Shown here: positions 17,049 through 24,206 of the stretch, one piece after another
Position numbering within the stretch: the first letter of the stretch is position 1
How the letters are laid out: every line of letters starts with the position of its first letter
Assembly: GCA_963704755.1 (NCBI GenBank)
Contig: OY969938.1
Span: forward strand, 3,900,001 to 3,932,000
Source: an uncultured Chloroflexia bacterium
Lineage (GTDB): Bacteria; Chloroflexota; Anaerolineae; Anaerolineales; Anaerolineaceae
DNA: 32,000 nucleotides
Direction: 5' to 3'
Position numbers and translations under genes: made by a program
Notes under the pieces: generated by a model
What the model was told of the DNA's origin: nothing
Databases searched by the model: none
Seen by the model: only the letters and a program-made list of their open reading frames with translations

Positions 17049-17579
17049 ATGACACTTTTTGATCGTTTTAAGCATGGTGTTGATGTAACCAAATTCAAGG
17101 CCGACCAATTAATGCGGATTAATCGCATTCAAGGGGATATCGGGTCGATAAAACAAGATATTTCCAGAATTTATAGCAAAATTGCAGTGACGGCCATTGA
17201 ATTGCATAAAAACAGCACGTTAACTAATCCCGAATTGGTTGATTTATGCACATTAATCGATCAGCTAAACAAAGATATCCTTGAGAAAGAAAGCATGATT
17301 GCCGCAATTCGACAGGAGGAAAATCCACAATTCGTGTTATCGGCTAATCAATATAATCCGATAAATCCTTGCCCAAAATGCAATTTTGATGTTCCGATGG
17401 ATGCAGAATACTGCCCAAATTGTGGAAACCGTATGTCAGTTGTTGTAAATCCGACCAATTTGGATTCCACTTATTCCGGAGTTGTATGTTCAAAGTGTGG
17501 GACCAAGACTCAAAATGGGTCTGAATTTTGTCCTCAATGCGGTCAGCCTTTGAACCCGAAAAGCAGGTTGTTAATTTAG
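17049..17579 (+). CDS. Hypothetical protein: N-terminal coiled-coil region plus two C-terminal zinc-ribbon (CxxC-N11-13-CxxC) motifs
   Basis: 176 aa. CPKCNFDVPMDAEYCPNCG and CSKCGTKTQNGSEFCPQCG. GGGGAGGG RBS. Low G+C. Confidence 0.7.
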   Translation: MTLFDRFKHGVDVTKFKADQLMRINRIQGDIGSIKQDISRIYSKIAVTAIELHKNSTLTNPELVDLCTLIDQLNKDILEKESMIAAIRQEENPQFVLSANQYNPINPCPKCNFDVPMDAEYCPNCGNRMSVVVNPTNLDSTYSGVVCSKCGTKTQNGSEFCPQCGQPLNPKSRLLI

Positions 17580-17589
17580 GAGGAATATT

Positions 17590-18285
17590 ATGATTTGTCC
17601 AAATTGCGGGGCGCAAAATATTGATACGAATAAATTCTGCCAAAAGTGTGGTCATAAGTTGATTAATGGGCCATTACCCGGTACATCTTTTACGCCATAC
17701 CCTGCCAGGACGTCTCAAGATCCTTTTTCGCAAATCGCAATGGTCTGTGGATTAACAGGAATCCTTGGAGGAGTAGTAACGATTTTTGGTTGGCTTATCC
17801 CTTGGTTTAGTTTAGGCGGTCTCGCAAACACGATATTACGTTTATTAGGCACTGGATCATTTTCTAGTTTTCTGAATATTGGAACTGGTGTAGGTAGCGG
17901 GCTCCAAATGAGTTTGTTTTCATTAGTTGGAGGCTTAGTCGCTTTTTCTGTGAAAGGCGGTGCTTTTTATGGAATAATGGGTTTGCTTAGTTTTGGTGTA
18001 CTTATCATTATTCCCATTTTGGGCATTCAAAACATTCGCAGTGGAATAGGTGCATTTGAACTGAGGAATGTACCGAAAAAAACCGCAGAGAACGTTTCTG
18101 TCCTTGACCATCATTTAGGGAGTATGAGGAATGGTTCGAAAGCGATATTTATAATTATGGTCATCATTTTTATCTTTATCACTGTGATTCCATTTGGATC
18201 TGCAATCCTTGGAGGCGGCTTTTATATAACCGTTTTAGGTTCAGTATGTTCTTATTTGGGAGTTTTTTTAATCAAGGTAAATTGA
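17590..18285 (+). CDS. Hypothetical membrane protein: N-terminal zinc ribbon plus about 5 TM helices
   Basis: 231 aa. MICPNCGAQNIDTNKFCQKCG followed by hydrophobic helices. AGGAGG RBS 7 nt upstream. 10 nt after the previous stop. Low G+C. Confidence 0.7.
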   Translation: MICPNCGAQNIDTNKFCQKCGHKLINGPLPGTSFTPYPARTSQDPFSQIAMVCGLTGILGGVVTIFGWLIPWFSLGGLANTILRLLGTGSFSSFLNIGTGVGSGLQMSLFSLVGGLVAFSVKGGAFYGIMGLLSFGVLIIIPILGIQNIRSGIGAFELRNVPKKTAENVSVLDHHLGSMRNGSKAIFIIMVIIFIFITVIPFGSAILGGGFYITVLGSVCSYLGVFLIKVN

Positions 18286-18735
18286 CAAATCTTCAAGTTG
18301 TTGAACAATAAAATAACCATGTCAAATCATGGGGCTTTATGCGAGTAAGTCGGCAGGTAGATGACCAATCAAGTGGGCCGAAAGATTGCCCTGGTATAAC
18401 CTGGCCGGGGATTTTGAATTAAGCGATATAGCCCGATCGGTAAATCCTGTTGGTGTTTATGGCCAATCTCCATATCGAGGCTGAAATTAATTATAGTTGG
18501 GTGCATCATCGTATGAAAGCGCGCTACATAACGTGCTGGCCGTACGATTATTCAAAGGCCTATATATTGTGAAGTAACCAATAGGGAATCGATAATTTGG
18601 ACATTGGTCCGCATAGTAACTTAAGAAAATTCTAAGGTCACCTGCCTGGGCGGCTAAATGTTGAGAAAGGGGGTAGAATAAGGGTTCGTTGTATGATGCG
18701 TTCTGATACAACTAAAGCCTGGATCCGCTTTTTTA

Positions 18736-18773
18736 GGGGGCAGCCGTTTGTTGACCGGCGGCCTCTTTTTTTC
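18736..18773 (+). terminator. Orphan rho-independent terminator (no annotated gene ends here)
   Basis: GGCAGCCG-TTTGTTGAC-CGGCGGCC stem (one A/G mismatch) followed by T-rich CTCTTTTTTTC. About 450 nt downstream of the stop at 18285. Confidence 0.5.
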
Positions 18774-18806
18774 TTGACGGAACTGTTTAGCCTCACGGCT
18801 AAGAAA

Positions 18807-18861
18807 CCCGAAGTTGAGGTGTTTGCGCGGGCGAAGCCCGCGCAAACACCTCAACTTTGGG
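18807..18861. repeat. Palindrome C (26-bp arms, one mismatch, GAA loop, centre GGGCGAAGCCC)
   Basis: CCCGAAGTTGAGGTGTTTGCGCGGGC GAA GCCCGCGCAAACACCTCAACTTTGGG. Arms are about 80% identical to those of palindrome B. Confidence 0.85.
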
Positions 18862-18892
18862 ACTCATTCAGACGTGCCTCTGTAGTTAATTC

Positions 18893-18922
18893 TTGACGTG
18901 CTTTAAATTCTGATGGTAAGAT
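18893..18922 (+). promoter_or_regulatory. Promoter of the TPR gene pair with leaderless geometry
   Basis: TTGACG (18893-18898), 18 nt, TAAGAT (18917-18922), 6 nt (CGAAAT), ATG (18929). No Shine-Dalgarno. Confidence 0.5.
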
Positions 18923-18928
18923 CGAAAT

Positions 18929-20272
18929 ATGTATTTGCGTGGAAGTAAACTGAGAATGAATCGCCGGCGGCGGAGCTCGAACCCGCTGACGATTATTATT
19001 TTGGTTGTATTGATCGGGGGAGCGGTTTACGTAAATCAGGTCGTGGTCCCCGAGACCCCTCCTTTATTTGTGCCAACGCCCACCGCGACCACCTCGGCCG
19101 CGACGTACATGGCCCAGGCCGACCAGCTTGCCGAGGAAGGCAAATTCTCCCAGGCTATCGATACCTACAATCAGGCCATCATCGATGACCCCAAGAACCC
19201 CTCCAATTACCTGTCCATCGCCCGGCTGGATATTTACCTGGGCGAGTACCAGGACGCGATCGATAACGCCGGGACGGTGCTGATCCTCAACGCCAATAAT
19301 TCCACGGCGCTGGCCCTGCGCGGTTATGCCACCGGTTTGAATGGCGATTTTCTTAAAGCCCAGGCAGACCTGAACCAGGCCATCCAACTCGACCCGAATA
19401 ATGCCGTGCCGTATGCTTACCTGGCCGAGGTGATGGCGCTGCAATATAACTCGCCCACCGGAGACGTAGACAGCCTGCAAAAGGCCATCGATTATGCCGG
19501 CGATGCTAAATCTCGCAGCCCGGACCTGTTGGAGACCCACCGTGCCCTGGGGATTGTATACGAAAATATGCAGCGCTACGACGATGCCGTCAGTGAATTC
19601 AAACAGGCCATCGCGATCAACCCCAACATCGCCGAGCTTCACCTGGAGCTGGGTCTGAATTACCGCGCTATTTACGATAATGCCAATGCCATCAACGAGT
19701 TCCTGGCCGCATCGGTGCTCGACCCGACCGACCCGGATCCCTATACCTCGCTTTCGCGTACTTACGCCAACCAGGGTGATTACGTCAACGCGGTGGAATA
19801 TGGCAATAAAGCCATCAGCTTCGACCCGACCAACGCCTACCTGTACGGCAACGTGGGCGTGATGCAGTATCACCTGGGCGATTACCCGCGCGCCCTGGAT
19901 GCACTCAAGCTGGCGGTGACCGGCGGAACGGCCGATAGCGGTGACACGGTGGAAGGAATCCCCCTGGACTACTGGCCGGTTTCGGAGTATTACTATACTT
20001 ATGGGTTGGTCCTGGCGCGCCAGGGTCAATGCGGTGACGCCCTGCCGATCGCTAATCAACTTTTGAAAGGCGTGAGTACAGAGCAGGTTTCGGTGGATAA
20101 TGCCAATGAAATCATTAGCATTTGCCAGCAGGTGGCAAACGGTACGCTGCCCACGGACGAAATGGCCAGTTCGGTCGAACCCACCGATGCTTCTGGTGCG
20201 ACCGCGACCGATGTGATCGGAATAACCGAAACACCCAAATCGCCTGTTACGACCGAGACGCCTTCGCCTTGA
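18929..20272 (+). CDS. Membrane-anchored TPR-repeat protein
   Basis: 447 aa. Arg-rich N-terminus plus one TM helix (LTIIILVVLIGGAVYV), then about 8 TPR-like units (A..Y..AI.LDP.NA. pattern), a Cys-containing C-terminal module and a Pro/Thr tail. Confidence 0.85.
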   Translation: MYLRGSKLRMNRRRRSSNPLTIIILVVLIGGAVYVNQVVVPETPPLFVPTPTATTSAATYMAQADQLAEEGKFSQAIDTYNQAIIDDPKNPSNYLSIARLDIYLGEYQDAIDNAGTVLILNANNSTALALRGYATGLNGDFLKAQADLNQAIQLDPNNAVPYAYLAEVMALQYNSPTGDVDSLQKAIDYAGDAKSRSPDLLETHRALGIVYENMQRYDDAVSEFKQAIAINPNIAELHLELGLNYRAIYDNANAINEFLAASVLDPTDPDPYTSLSRTYANQGDYVNAVEYGNKAISFDPTNAYLYGNVGVMQYHLGDYPRALDALKLAVTGGTADSGDTVEGIPLDYWPVSEYYYTYGLVLARQGQCGDALPIANQLLKGVSTEQVSVDNANEIISICQQVANGTLPTDEMASSVEPTDASGATATDVIGITETPKSPVTTETPSP

Positions 20273-20291
20273 TGGGACGGCCCTTAGAACG

Positions 20292-21770
20292 ATGATAGAG
20301 TTTAGAGACAACCGCAAAATATTTCATAAGAAAACCAACCATAACAGCCTGGTTCGAATTATGATTCTGTTAGGGTTGGTGATCGCCGTAACGTTCATTT
20401 ACCTGGATACCCGCCGGGGAAACATTACCCCGCTCTTCCTGCCCACCGATTTGCCAACCCGTATACCGCGCTCTTTCGCCCTGGAAGGGGAGGCTCAATT
20501 TACCTCCGGAAACTTGCCGGCAGCCATCGAGGCCTATAAACAGGCCATCGCGATAAATCCGAATGATGCCGATGTCATCGCTGAGCTGGCCCGGCTGCAA
20601 GCCTATGATTCGCAGTTGCAGACCAACGATGCCGACCGTGAGAAGTTTTTGACGGACGCAAAAAACAATATCGACAAGGCCACCGAACTGGCGCCGGATA
20701 ACTCGTTTGTGTACACCATCCGGGCGTTTGTTTACGATTGGAATGCCACCCCCGACTATGCCGCCGATAATTTCCAGGCCTACATGAGTGAAGCCCAACA
20801 GGCTATTCTCAAGGCCACCCAGTTGGATCCCAATAATGCCCTGACCCTGGCTTACCAGGCCGAAATCCTGCTGGACCAGCAAAAATGGACCCAGGCCCAG
20901 GAAAGTATCAACCTGGCCTTGCAGCGTGACCAGAGCCAGATGGATATTTACCGTGTCAGCGGGCTGGTGCAGGAGTCATCGGGAAAATACCAGGCGGCCA
21001 TCGATGAGTATCTCAAGGCGGCCGCCATCGCGCCTAACTTTACCCCACTATACATCCGCATTGGCACCAATTACCGTGTTCTGGGGGCCAACTCCAGTGG
21101 TGATCAACAATCGGAATACTATAATGACGCCCTGACCTATTATGCCAAGGCCGTCAGCATCGATAAACAGATCCAGGTGCAAGACCCGATTCCGTATCTG
21201 TCCATTTCGAAGACCTACATCCAGATGGGGGAGTTCTTCGCGGCCGGCCTGAACGTGAGTGCGGCCCTGGAAATGTTGCCCGACAACCCGGATATCTACG
21301 CTCAATTGGGGATGGTTTACCGCGGAGCGCGTAACTACGAAAGCTCGATCCCGGCATTCCAGTGCGCTTTGGAGGGCTGTCCGCCCGACATTAGCTGTGA
21401 AGTGCGTTCCTGTGATGCCGATCACGACACACCCATCACAGTCGTCGGGCTGCCATTGTCAGGGACGACACTGGTTTATTATTACACCTACGGCTCGATC
21501 CTGGCCGGCATGGATGCACCCGGGAACAATTATTGCGAAACGGCCAACAAGATTTTTAGTGAAATTCGGGCGGCTTACGGCAATGACGAAGGCACTCTGT
21601 CGATCATTGAACCCAGTGAGGCCATTTGCCAGTCGCTGGGTACGGGCAATGTTTCGGCTACCCAAGGGCCAACCCCCAACCCGAACCAATCCGTGCTAAA
21701 AGAACCGCTCGAGATCCCTTATCTCTTGACCGGTGAAGCGCCAACTCCAACCTTTGCGCCGGTGCAATAA
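20292..21770 (+). CDS. Membrane-anchored TPR-repeat protein (paralogue of the upstream gene)
   Basis: 492 aa. One N-terminal TM helix, TPR units, shared YYYTYG ... ICQ C-terminal module. Confidence 0.85.
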   Translation: MIEFRDNRKIFHKKTNHNSLVRIMILLGLVIAVTFIYLDTRRGNITPLFLPTDLPTRIPRSFALEGEAQFTSGNLPAAIEAYKQAIAINPNDADVIAELARLQAYDSQLQTNDADREKFLTDAKNNIDKATELAPDNSFVYTIRAFVYDWNATPDYAADNFQAYMSEAQQAILKATQLDPNNALTLAYQAEILLDQQKWTQAQESINLALQRDQSQMDIYRVSGLVQESSGKYQAAIDEYLKAAAIAPNFTPLYIRIGTNYRVLGANSSGDQQSEYYNDALTYYAKAVSIDKQIQVQDPIPYLSISKTYIQMGEFFAAGLNVSAALEMLPDNPDIYAQLGMVYRGARNYESSIPAFQCALEGCPPDISCEVRSCDADHDTPITVVGLPLSGTTLVYYYTYGSILAGMDAPGNNYCETANKIFSEIRAAYGNDEGTLSIIEPSEAICQSLGTGNVSATQGPTPNPNQSVLKEPLEIPYLLTGEAPTPTFAPVQ

Positions 21771-21841
21771 AGATAGCAGCAGAAAACATAACTGCTCAGC
21801 CTAACTGGGAAGAACCCCGGATTTGAATTATTTGCGGGGAC

Positions 21842-21865
21842 TTTTTAACAGGAGCCTGAGCAGTT
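21842..21865 (+). repeat. GCCTGAGC-box (family L), copy L3, preceded by a weak terminator hairpin
   Basis: CCCCG(21815-19)/CGGGG(21835-39) hairpin, then TTTTTAACAGGAGCCTGAGCAGTT. CTGAGCAGTT (21856-65) also pairs with AACTGCTCAG (21790-99). Confidence 0.65.
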
Positions 21866-21911
21866 TCCAGAAAAGTTACATCAGAAATTTATAAGAATCA
21901 TATCTAACCTC

Positions 21912-21940
21912 TTGACTTCCGATGTCAAGCCGGGTATTAT
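21912..21940 (+). promoter_or_regulatory. groES-groEL promoter
   Basis: TTGACT (21912-17), 17 nt, TATTAT (21935-40). Confidence 0.7.
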
Positions 21941-21949
21941 TTCACTGGT

Positions 21950-21976
21950 TTAGCACTCGGTGCATTAGAGTGCTAA
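21950..21976 (+). promoter_or_regulatory. CIRCE operator (HrcA binding site)
   Basis: TTAGCACTC-GGTGCATTA-GAGTGCTAA is a perfect match to the CIRCE consensus TTAGCACTC-N9-GAGTGCTAA. Lies between the -10 box and groES. Confidence 0.92.
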
Positions 21977-22017
21977 AAATTGGGAATTCAAACCTAAATC
22001 CTACTTGGGAGGTTTCT

Positions 22018-22311
22018 ATGTCAATCAACCTAAAACCTTTAGGCAGCCGTGTGGTGGTGGAACCTGTTGAACAGGAAGAAATCACTGCTGGCGGGATCGT
22101 TTTACCAGAAACAGCTAAAGAAAAGCCGCAAAAGGGCGTCGTTCTGTCCATTGGCCCTGGCGATCGGGACGATAAAGGCAACCGCATCCTGTTGGATGTA
22201 AAAGAGGGCGATACCGTCCTTTTTGCCAAATATTCCGGCACTGAAATCAAGATTGACGGCAAAAAACTTCTGATCCTCCGTGAGAGTGATCTGCTTGCAA
22301 TCGTAGATTAA
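22018..22311 (+). CDS. groES: Co-chaperonin GroES
   Basis: 97 aa. [40 protein letters not shown]... GGGAGG RBS. The track's upstream extension to 21922 runs through the promoter and CIRCE, so I reject it. Confidence 0.95.
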   Translation: MSINLKPLGSRVVVEPVEQEEITAGGIVLPETAKEKPQKGVVLSIGPGDRDDKGNRILLDVKEGDTVLFAKYSGTEIKIDGKKLLILRESDLLAIVD

Positions 22312-22351
22312 GAAGCATCTGAAATAATCGAAAAAAATAAGGAGAATACAT

Positions 22352-23983
22352 ATGGCAGCCAAACAATTGGTTTTCTCGGAAGAAGCTCGCCGCCGCTTGA
22401 AGAATGGTATTGATGTCGTCGCGACGGCAGTTGCTACCACACTTGGACCGAAGGGCCGCAATGTCGCCCTGGATCGCAAGTTTGGTTCTCCCACGATCAC
22501 CCACGATGGCGTAACCGTAGCCAAAGAAATCGAGTTGGAAGACCCCTTCGAAAACATGGGTGCCCAGCTTCTCAAAGAAGCCGCCACAAAGACCAACGAT
22601 ATCGCTGGTGATGGCACCACAACTTCCACCGTTCTGGCCCACGCAATTGTCACCGAAGGTTTGAAGACCCTGGCCGCTGGCGCGAATCCTATGCTGCTCA
22701 AGCACGGCATCGAAGCTGCTGCAAAAGCGGTTGCCGAGGAGATCCGCAAACAGGCCATTACCATTACCACCAAAGAGGAAATCGGGAACGTCGCTACGAT
22801 CTCTGCCCAGGACCGCACCATTGGTGAATTAATCGCTGAAGTTATGGACAAAGTCGGTAAAGACGGCGTGATCACCGTAGAAGAGTCCAAAGGCCTCGAG
22901 TTCGAGACCGAGTACGTTGAAGGTATGCAGTTTGATCGCGGCTACATTTCCGCTTACTTCATCAGCGATTCCGAACACATGGAATCGACGATTGAAGATC
23001 CGTATATCCTGATCTACGACAAGAAAATCTCCGCTGCCCAGGATATCGTGCCCGTCCTCGAAAAAATGGTGCAGGTTGGCAAACGCGACCTGGTCATCAT
23101 CGCCGAAGATATCGACGGCGAAGCTCTGGCTACCCTGGTGCTGAACAAACTGCGTGGTATGCTCAACGTGTTGGCCGTCAAGGCTCCTGGATTTGGCGAT
23201 CGCCGCAAGGCTATGCTGGGTGATATTGCTACCCTGACCGGCGCCAGCGTAATCTCTGAGGAAACCGGCCGCAAGCTGGAAACCACCACCCTGACCGACC
23301 TGGGTCGGGCCGAGAAGGTTGTTGCTGACAAAGACAACACCACGATTGTGGGCGGCAAGGGCGATGAGAAAGAGATCAAAGGCCGTATCGATCAGATCCG
23401 GGTCGAGATCGACAAGACCACCAGCGACTATGATCGCGAAAAACTGCAAGAACGCCTGGCCAAATTGTCCGGCGGTGTGGCAATCATCCGTGTCGGTGCT
23501 GCCACCGAGACCGAACTGAAAGAAAAGAAACATCGTGTCGAGGACGCCCTGTCCGCTACCCGCGCGGCTGTGGAAGAAGGTATCGTCCCCGGTGGTGGTG
23601 TGGCCCTGGTGAATGCGGTCAAGGCTTTGGAAAGCCTCAAGATGGAAGCTGACGACGAACAAACCGGCGTCAATATCGTCCGCAAGGCCCTCGAAGTCCC
23701 CATGCGCAAGATCGTTGAGAACGCCGGCAAAGAAGGTTCCGTTGTGATTGAGAACGTCCGCCAGGCTCAGGCCAAGGCTAACGACCTGAAGATCGGCTAC
23801 GACGTTCTGCGTGACGAGTACCTGAACATGGTCAAGGGCGGCGTGATCGATCCCGCCAAAGTGACCCGCGGCGCGCTCGAAAATGCTGCTTCCATCGCAG
23901 CCATGATCTTGACCACCGAGGCTTTGATCACCGATGTGCCGGAGAAGGACAAACCCGCTCCTCCTCCCATGCCCGAATACTAG
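22352..23983 (+). CDS. groEL: Chaperonin GroEL
   Basis: 543 aa. [43 protein letters not shown]. Confidence 0.97.
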   Translation: MAAKQLVFSEEARRRLKNGIDVVATAVATTLGPKGRNVALDRKFGSPTITHDGVTVAKEIELEDPFENMGAQLLKEAATKTNDIAGDGTTTSTVLAHAIVTEGLKTLAAGANPMLLKHGIEAAAKAVAEEIRKQAITITTKEEIGNVATISAQDRTIGELIAEVMDKVGKDGVITVEESKGLEFETEYVEGMQFDRGYISAYFISDSEHMESTIEDPYILIYDKKISAAQDIVPVLEKMVQVGKRDLVIIAEDIDGEALATLVLNKLRGMLNVLAVKAPGFGDRRKAMLGDIATLTGASVISEETGRKLETTTLTDLGRAEKVVADKDNTTIVGGKGDEKEIKGRIDQIRVEIDKTTSDYDREKLQERLAKLSGGVAIIRVGAATETELKEKKHRVEDALSATRAAVEEGIVPGGGVALVNAVKALESLKMEADDEQTGVNIVRKALEVPMRKIVENAGKEGSVVIENVRQAQAKANDLKIGYDVLRDEYLNMVKGGVIDPAKVTRGALENAASIAAMILTTEALITDVPEKDKPAPPPMPEY

Positions 23984-24002
23984 ACCTTCCGTCCAACTCT
24001 TT

Positions 24003-24037
24003 ACAGGCCGTGGATTTTCCACGGCCTGTTTTTGTTT
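24003..24037 (+). terminator. groEL rho-independent terminator
   Basis: ACAGGCCGTGG-ATTTT-CCACGGCCTGT followed by TTTTTGTTT. Confidence 0.85.
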
Positions 24038-24082
24038 ATGCTCTTTTTCGGGACCCTTATCCGTTGGGTTGAACAGTTACAA

Positions 24083-24141
24083 ATCTTGAAAACTAAGGAT
24101 ATGCCAGGGCATCGCCCCGGCATATCCTTAGTTTTCAAGAT
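24083..24141. repeat. Palindrome F (23-bp perfect arms, 13-nt centre containing GGGC-ATC-GCCC)
   Basis: ATCTTGAAAACTAAGGATATGCC AGGGCATCGCCCC GGCATATCCTTAGTTTTCAAGAT. Confidence 0.85.
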
Positions 24142-24193
24142 TCTTGGGGTGCTTACCCCAATTCCGATTGACTTGCCCCTTTCACTTTCGGGT

Positions 24194-24199
24194 TATAAT
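24194..24199 (+). promoter_or_regulatory. -10 box (TATAAT) 7 nt upstream of the PPIase ATG (possible leaderless transcript)
   Basis: TATAAT-CACCCCA-ATG. No Shine-Dalgarno. The -35 is poor (TTGACT at 24168-73 gives a 20-nt spacer). Confidence 0.4.
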
Positions 24200-24206
24200 C
24201 ACCCCA

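Noticed and set aside
18487-18711. 74-codon minus-strand ORF at the islet border
   Set aside because: It has only a TTG start, no internal Met, no Shine-Dalgarno and no recognisable motif. I treat it as non-coding or at most a gene remnant (see the finding on 18286-18928).
18654-18896. ORFs 18654..18854 (-) and 18693..18896 (+)
   Set aside because: Both read straight through the orphan terminator and palindrome C. A palindrome gives mirrored ORFs on both strands, so these are an artefact.
19064-20317. 417-codon ORF antisense to the first TPR gene
   Set aside because: It mirrors a high-GC gene whose plus-strand product has a clear TM anchor and TPR periodicity. The antisense product is Arg/Gly/Val-rich with no recognisable motifs and no RBS. 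This is a typical shadow ORF.
20351-20359. GGTTCGAAT (T-loop-like motif) suggesting a tRNA
   Set aside because: It lies inside the second TPR CDS, with no acceptor stem or anticodon arm around it. No tRNA-like cloverleaf was found anywhere in the window.
21922-22017. N-terminal extensions proposed by the ORF track (groES 21922, xylB 2897, ATPase 13026, MFS 15988, PPIase 24144, macro 28696, TrmH 28116, sufE 30683)
   Set aside because: In each case the extension uses a non-ATG or poorly placed start, lacks an RBS, adds residues absent from the protein family, and/or runs through a promoter, operator or upstream gene. Internal ATGs with good Shine-Dalgarno sites or family-consistent N-termini were preferred.
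22829-24022. 397-codon ORF antisense to groEL (also 22102..22890 and 23014..23379)
   Set aside because: groEL on the plus strand is unambiguous. Long antisense frames are a known by-product of its codon composition. The ORF has no start context and runs through the groEL terminator.
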